The position numbers and the translations under genes are program-made. Of a stretch of 64,000 nt of DNA, positions 61,144 through 64,000 are shown one piece after another. Source of the DNA: an uncultured Planctomycetota bacterium (GTDB lineage: Bacteria; Planctomycetota; Planctomycetia; Isosphaerales; Isosphaeraceae); the NCBI GenBank assembly GCA_963823665.1, contig CAWGMQ010000011.1:448001-512000 (forward strand), written 5' to 3'. How positions within the stretch are numbered: position 1 is the first letter of the stretch; each line of letters begins with the position of its first letter. The notes below the pieces were generated by a model that saw nothing but the letters and a program-made list of their open reading frames with translations, was not told where the DNA came from and searched no databases.

Positions 61144-62162
61144 AACACGACAGCGCATCCTGGTCCGCAGCGAAGGCCGGACCTCCGCGCAGGATGGTGA
61201 AAGCCGATCGGAAGAAGCGCGGCGACCCGCCTGATCTGAGCGTGGATCAGGTCCTCGCCTGGGCCGACGCATTCTTCGAGCGTGCCGGAGTGTGGCCGGA
61301 CTGGCAATCCGGGCCGATCGACGAGGCGCCCGGCGAGACGTGGTTCACGGTGGCCGCGGCGTTGGCCCTGGGCCGCCGGGGCCTGCCTGGGGGCGAATCG
61401 CTTCGTGACTTCATCGACCGAGAGCGCGGCGGAATCAGCCGTGCCGTGCTGGAATTCTCGGAGAGGCAGATTCTGGCCTGGGCGCTTGCCTGGCAGACGC
61501 GCGTGGGGCGGCGGCCCAGGAAGAATTCCGGCCAGATTCCGGACTCCGGCGGCTTGACCTGGAGCATCGTGAACGACGCACTCAAGAAAGGGATAGGTAT
61601 TCTGGCGGGTGGCTCATCACTTGCGCGATTTCTGCGGAGCAAGCGAGCGGAGCTGCGCGGGCCGGCGGTCACCGAGAAACAGATTCTGGTCTGGGCCGAT
61701 GCTTATTACAAGCGGACGGGTACGTACCCGAGTGCGGGGTCGGGGGCGATTCCGGAGGCTCCCGCGGAGAACTGGAGGCTGCTCGACCGCGCACTCGAAG
61801 ACGGCACGCGCTCTCTGCCGGGGGGTTCGTCGCTACGGCAGTTGCTCGTCGCCGCTCGCGGGCCGGAAGCCCGACGCCGATCGAGGAAACGCTGCCGGCT
61901 GACGATTGGCGAAGTTCGGGCGTGGGCCCAAGCGCACCGCCAGCGCACCGGACGGTGGCCAACCGACCAGTCGGGACGGATTCCGGAGACGGAGCGTGAG
62001 ACCTGGCGTGCGGTGGACTGTGCCATGAGGCGGGGTGGGCGCGGCCTGCCGGGCGGGACATCGCTTTCACTGATTTTCGGGGAGCTCAGCCCGGCGCCGC
62101 GCATTCAATGTGCCGGCGGCGAAGAGAGTCTGGGCTTGCCGGGGCCGAACTCGTCGGGGTAA
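61113..62162 (+). CDS. Paralogous uncharacterised protein with four of the same repeats
   Basis: Intact 349-aa ORF with four copies of the same consensus. Confidence 0.85.
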   Translation: MQTQPYSANVKHDSASWSAAKAGPPRRMVKADRKKRGDPPDLSVDQVLAWADAFFERAGVWPDWQSGPIDEAPGETWFTVAAALALGRRGLPGGESLRDFIDRERGGISRAVLEFSERQILAWALAWQTRVGRRPRKNSGQIPDSGGLTWSIVNDALKKGIGILAGGSSLARFLRSKRAELRGPAVTEKQILVWADAYYKRTGTYPSAGSGAIPEAPAENWRLLDRALEDGTRSLPGGSSLRQLLVAARGPEARRRSRKRCRLTIGEVRAWAQAHRQRTGRWPTDQSGRIPETERETWRAVDCAMRRGGRGLPGGTSLSLIFGELSPAPRIQCAGGEESLGLPGPNSSG

Positions 62163-64000
62163 CTCGACTTGAGCGTTTTCCAGACCTCGACGAGCTCCGT
62201 GGACTTGAGCACCACGGAGGCGCCGCTCGGGTCGGTGCGCTGGCCGGAGAGGAGCTGGGTCAGGAGCGCGAGGTGTGAAACGGGGCGCTGGTCTTCGATC
62301 AAGCGCCAGAACTTGACGGCGCCATCCATTCCGGAGGTTGCGATCCAGTCGCCTCGCGGGCTGAAGAGCGCGCGCCAGACCGGCCCGTCGTGGCGCAGCG
62401 GCAAGCAGACGATTGCACCGGTGCGGGAATCCCAGACGCGGGCGGCCCCATCGAAGCCGGCGGTCGCGACGAAGCGGCCGTCGGGACTGAATGAGACGTA
62501 CGAGACCGAGCCGCGGTGCTCGAGCGGCCGGGACAGTGCGATTCCTGTGGCTGCATCCCAGATGATGGCGGATCCGACGGAGCTGGCGGTGGCAACGCGA
62601 CCTCCGTCGGGGCTGAAGGTGGCATAAACGACCGAACCCTGATGGACGAGCGGAGGGCTCTTGGGCAGATTTGTCGCGACATCCCAGATGCGGGCGGTGC
62701 CGTCTTCGCTGGTCGTGACCACGCGCCGGCCATCGGGGCTGAACGTGGCGAAGTAGACGATTCCATGATGACGCAGGGGTGCAAGCAGGCTGGCTCCGGT
62801 GCGCGCGTCCCAGAGCCGGGCGGTGAAGTCATTGCTCGCGGTGACCACGATTTTTCCGTCGGGGCTGAACATCGCGGAGCGGACGTTGCTTTCGTGCTTG
62901 AGCGGAGGTGCGACGAGATTTCCGGTGGCGGCATCCCAGATGCGAGCCGTGCCGTCTTCGGCGGAGGTGGCGACCATGTTTCCGTCGGGACTGAACGATG
63001 CGTGGTGGACCGGCGCGTTGTGCGCCAAGGGCGGTGTGAGGGGCTGGCCGGTGGATGCGTTCCAGACGCGCGCGGTTCCGTCCCAGCTTGCGGTGACGAT
63101 GCGGCTGCCGTCGGGGCTCAGATCGACATGGCCGACGCTGCGGGAGTGTTTGAGCGGTGGCGTGACGGCCGCGCCGGTGGCCGGGTTCCACACCTGTCCC
63201 GAGCCCGCGGTGGACGCGGTGGCGAGGCGGCCGGCATCGCGCGACATGGCGATATGAAGCACGGCGCCTTCGAGCTTGAGCGTGGGCGCGACGGGCTGCT
63301 CGAGCGACGGTTCCCACACGCGGGCCATGCCGTCTTCACTGGCGGTGACCAGGCGCATGCTTCCGGGGGCGAACCTGGCCGACCAGACGGGACCGTTGTG
63401 CCGGAGGGGCGGGATGGCAAGCTTGCCGCGGCTGGAATCCCACAGCCGCACGGTACCGTCGACGCTGCCGGTCAAGAGCCATTTGCCGTCGGAACTCCAG
63501 GCGGCGGTTCGAACGATGCCGTCGTGCTCAAGCGGTGCGATCAGGCGCGCGCCGGATTTTGCGTCCCAGATGCGGGCGGTGCCGTCCCAGCTTGCGGTGG
63601 CGATCCTGGTTCCGTCGGGGCTCCAGGCGGCGTCGAAGACGACGAGGTCATGGCGGAGAGGGGGAGTTGCCTCCTTGCCGGTGGCGACATCCCAGACGCG
63701 CGCGGTGGCGTCCCAGCCGGCGGTCACCAGGCGTTTGCCGTCCGGGCTCCAGCCCAGCCGGCCGACGACGTGGCCCTGTTTGAGGGCAGGCGTGCGCGGA
63801 GCGCCGGTGGCGGCGTCCCAGACACGAGCGGTGCCGTCGTCGCTGCCGGTAGCCACCATCGAGCCATCGGGGCTGAACGCGACGTAGCTCACGCGGTAGG
63901 AATGAGCGAGTGCGGGCGTGACGGGCCCGCCGGTCTCCGGCATCCCAGACGCGCGCGGTGCCGTCCCAGCCGGCGGTCGCCACGCGGCGGCCGTCGGGGC
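62105..64000 (-). CDS. WD40-repeat protein C-terminal part (probably a kinase-WD40 fusion); continues beyond the window; frameshift near 63940
   Basis: About 13 repeats of L.H...V....FSPDG..V.TAS.DGTAR.WD. Confidence 0.9.
   Translation of the reverse strand, partial: APTAAAWRPPAGTAPRASGMPETGGPVTPALAHSYRVSYVAFSPDGSMVATGSDDGTARVWDAATGAPRTPALKQGHVVGRLGWSPDGKRLVTAGWDATARVWDVATGKEATPPLRHDLVVFDAAWSPDGTRIATASWDGTARIWDAKSGARLIAPLEHDGIVRTAAWSSDGKWLLTGSVDGTVRLWDSSRGKLAIPPLRHNGPVWSARFAPGSMRLVTASEDGMARVWEPSLEQPVAPTLKLEGAVLHIAMSRDAGRLATASTAGSGQVWNPATGAAVTPPLKHSRSVGHVDLSPDGSRIVTASWDGTARVWNASTGQPLTPPLAHNAPVHHASFSPDGNMVATSAEDGTARIWDAATGNLVAPPLKHESNVRSAMFSPDGKIVVTASNDFTARLWDARTGASLLAPLRHHGIVYFATFSPDGRRVVTTSEDGTARIWDVATNLPKSPPLVHQGSVVYATFSPDGGRVATASSVGSAIIWDAATGIALSRPLEHRGSVSYVSFSPDGRFVATAGFDGAARVWDSRTGAIVCLPLRHDGPVWRALFSPRGDWIATSGMDGAVKFWRLIEDQRPVSHLALLTQLLSGQRTDPSGASVVLKSTELVEVWKTLKSSYPDEFGPGKPRLSSPPAH

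Overview
GC-rich bacterial DNA, inferred to be a planctomycete (probably Isosphaeraceae-like). The inference rests on LExRxLL extracellular proteins, Ser/Thr kinase-WD40 fusions, an ECF sigma factor with a long C-terminal extension, DUF1501/DUF1800 genes and a PEP-CTERM protein. The left end is housekeeping (GT4 glycosyltransferase, truA, asd, and a purD with a duplicated B-domain). About 7.6-12.3 kb is an island-like stretch next to a tRNA 3' end. It holds a mobile-mystery A/B (HTH + Fic) pair with a clear sigma70 promoter and operator palindromes, a dead inverted-repeat-flanked HUH tyrosine transposase carrying a nested MITE with a REP doublet, and a truncated REC-Hpt gene. The tRNA is split by a 350-nt group I intron and reconstitutes best as tRNA-Lys(UUU). 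The rest is accessory: kinases, tandem ABC-2-type permeases, M28 and M16 peptidases, GH92, an amine oxidase, a 3322-aa protein with an internal RHS core, and several decayed genes. Near the right end two adjacent paralogous ORFs are built from 9 and 4 copies of an unrecognised ~74-aa Trp-rich helical repeat, a candidate modular nucleic-acid-binding family. Many single-base frameshifts lie in short homopolymers and may be sequencing errors. All calls are by eye; no searches were run.
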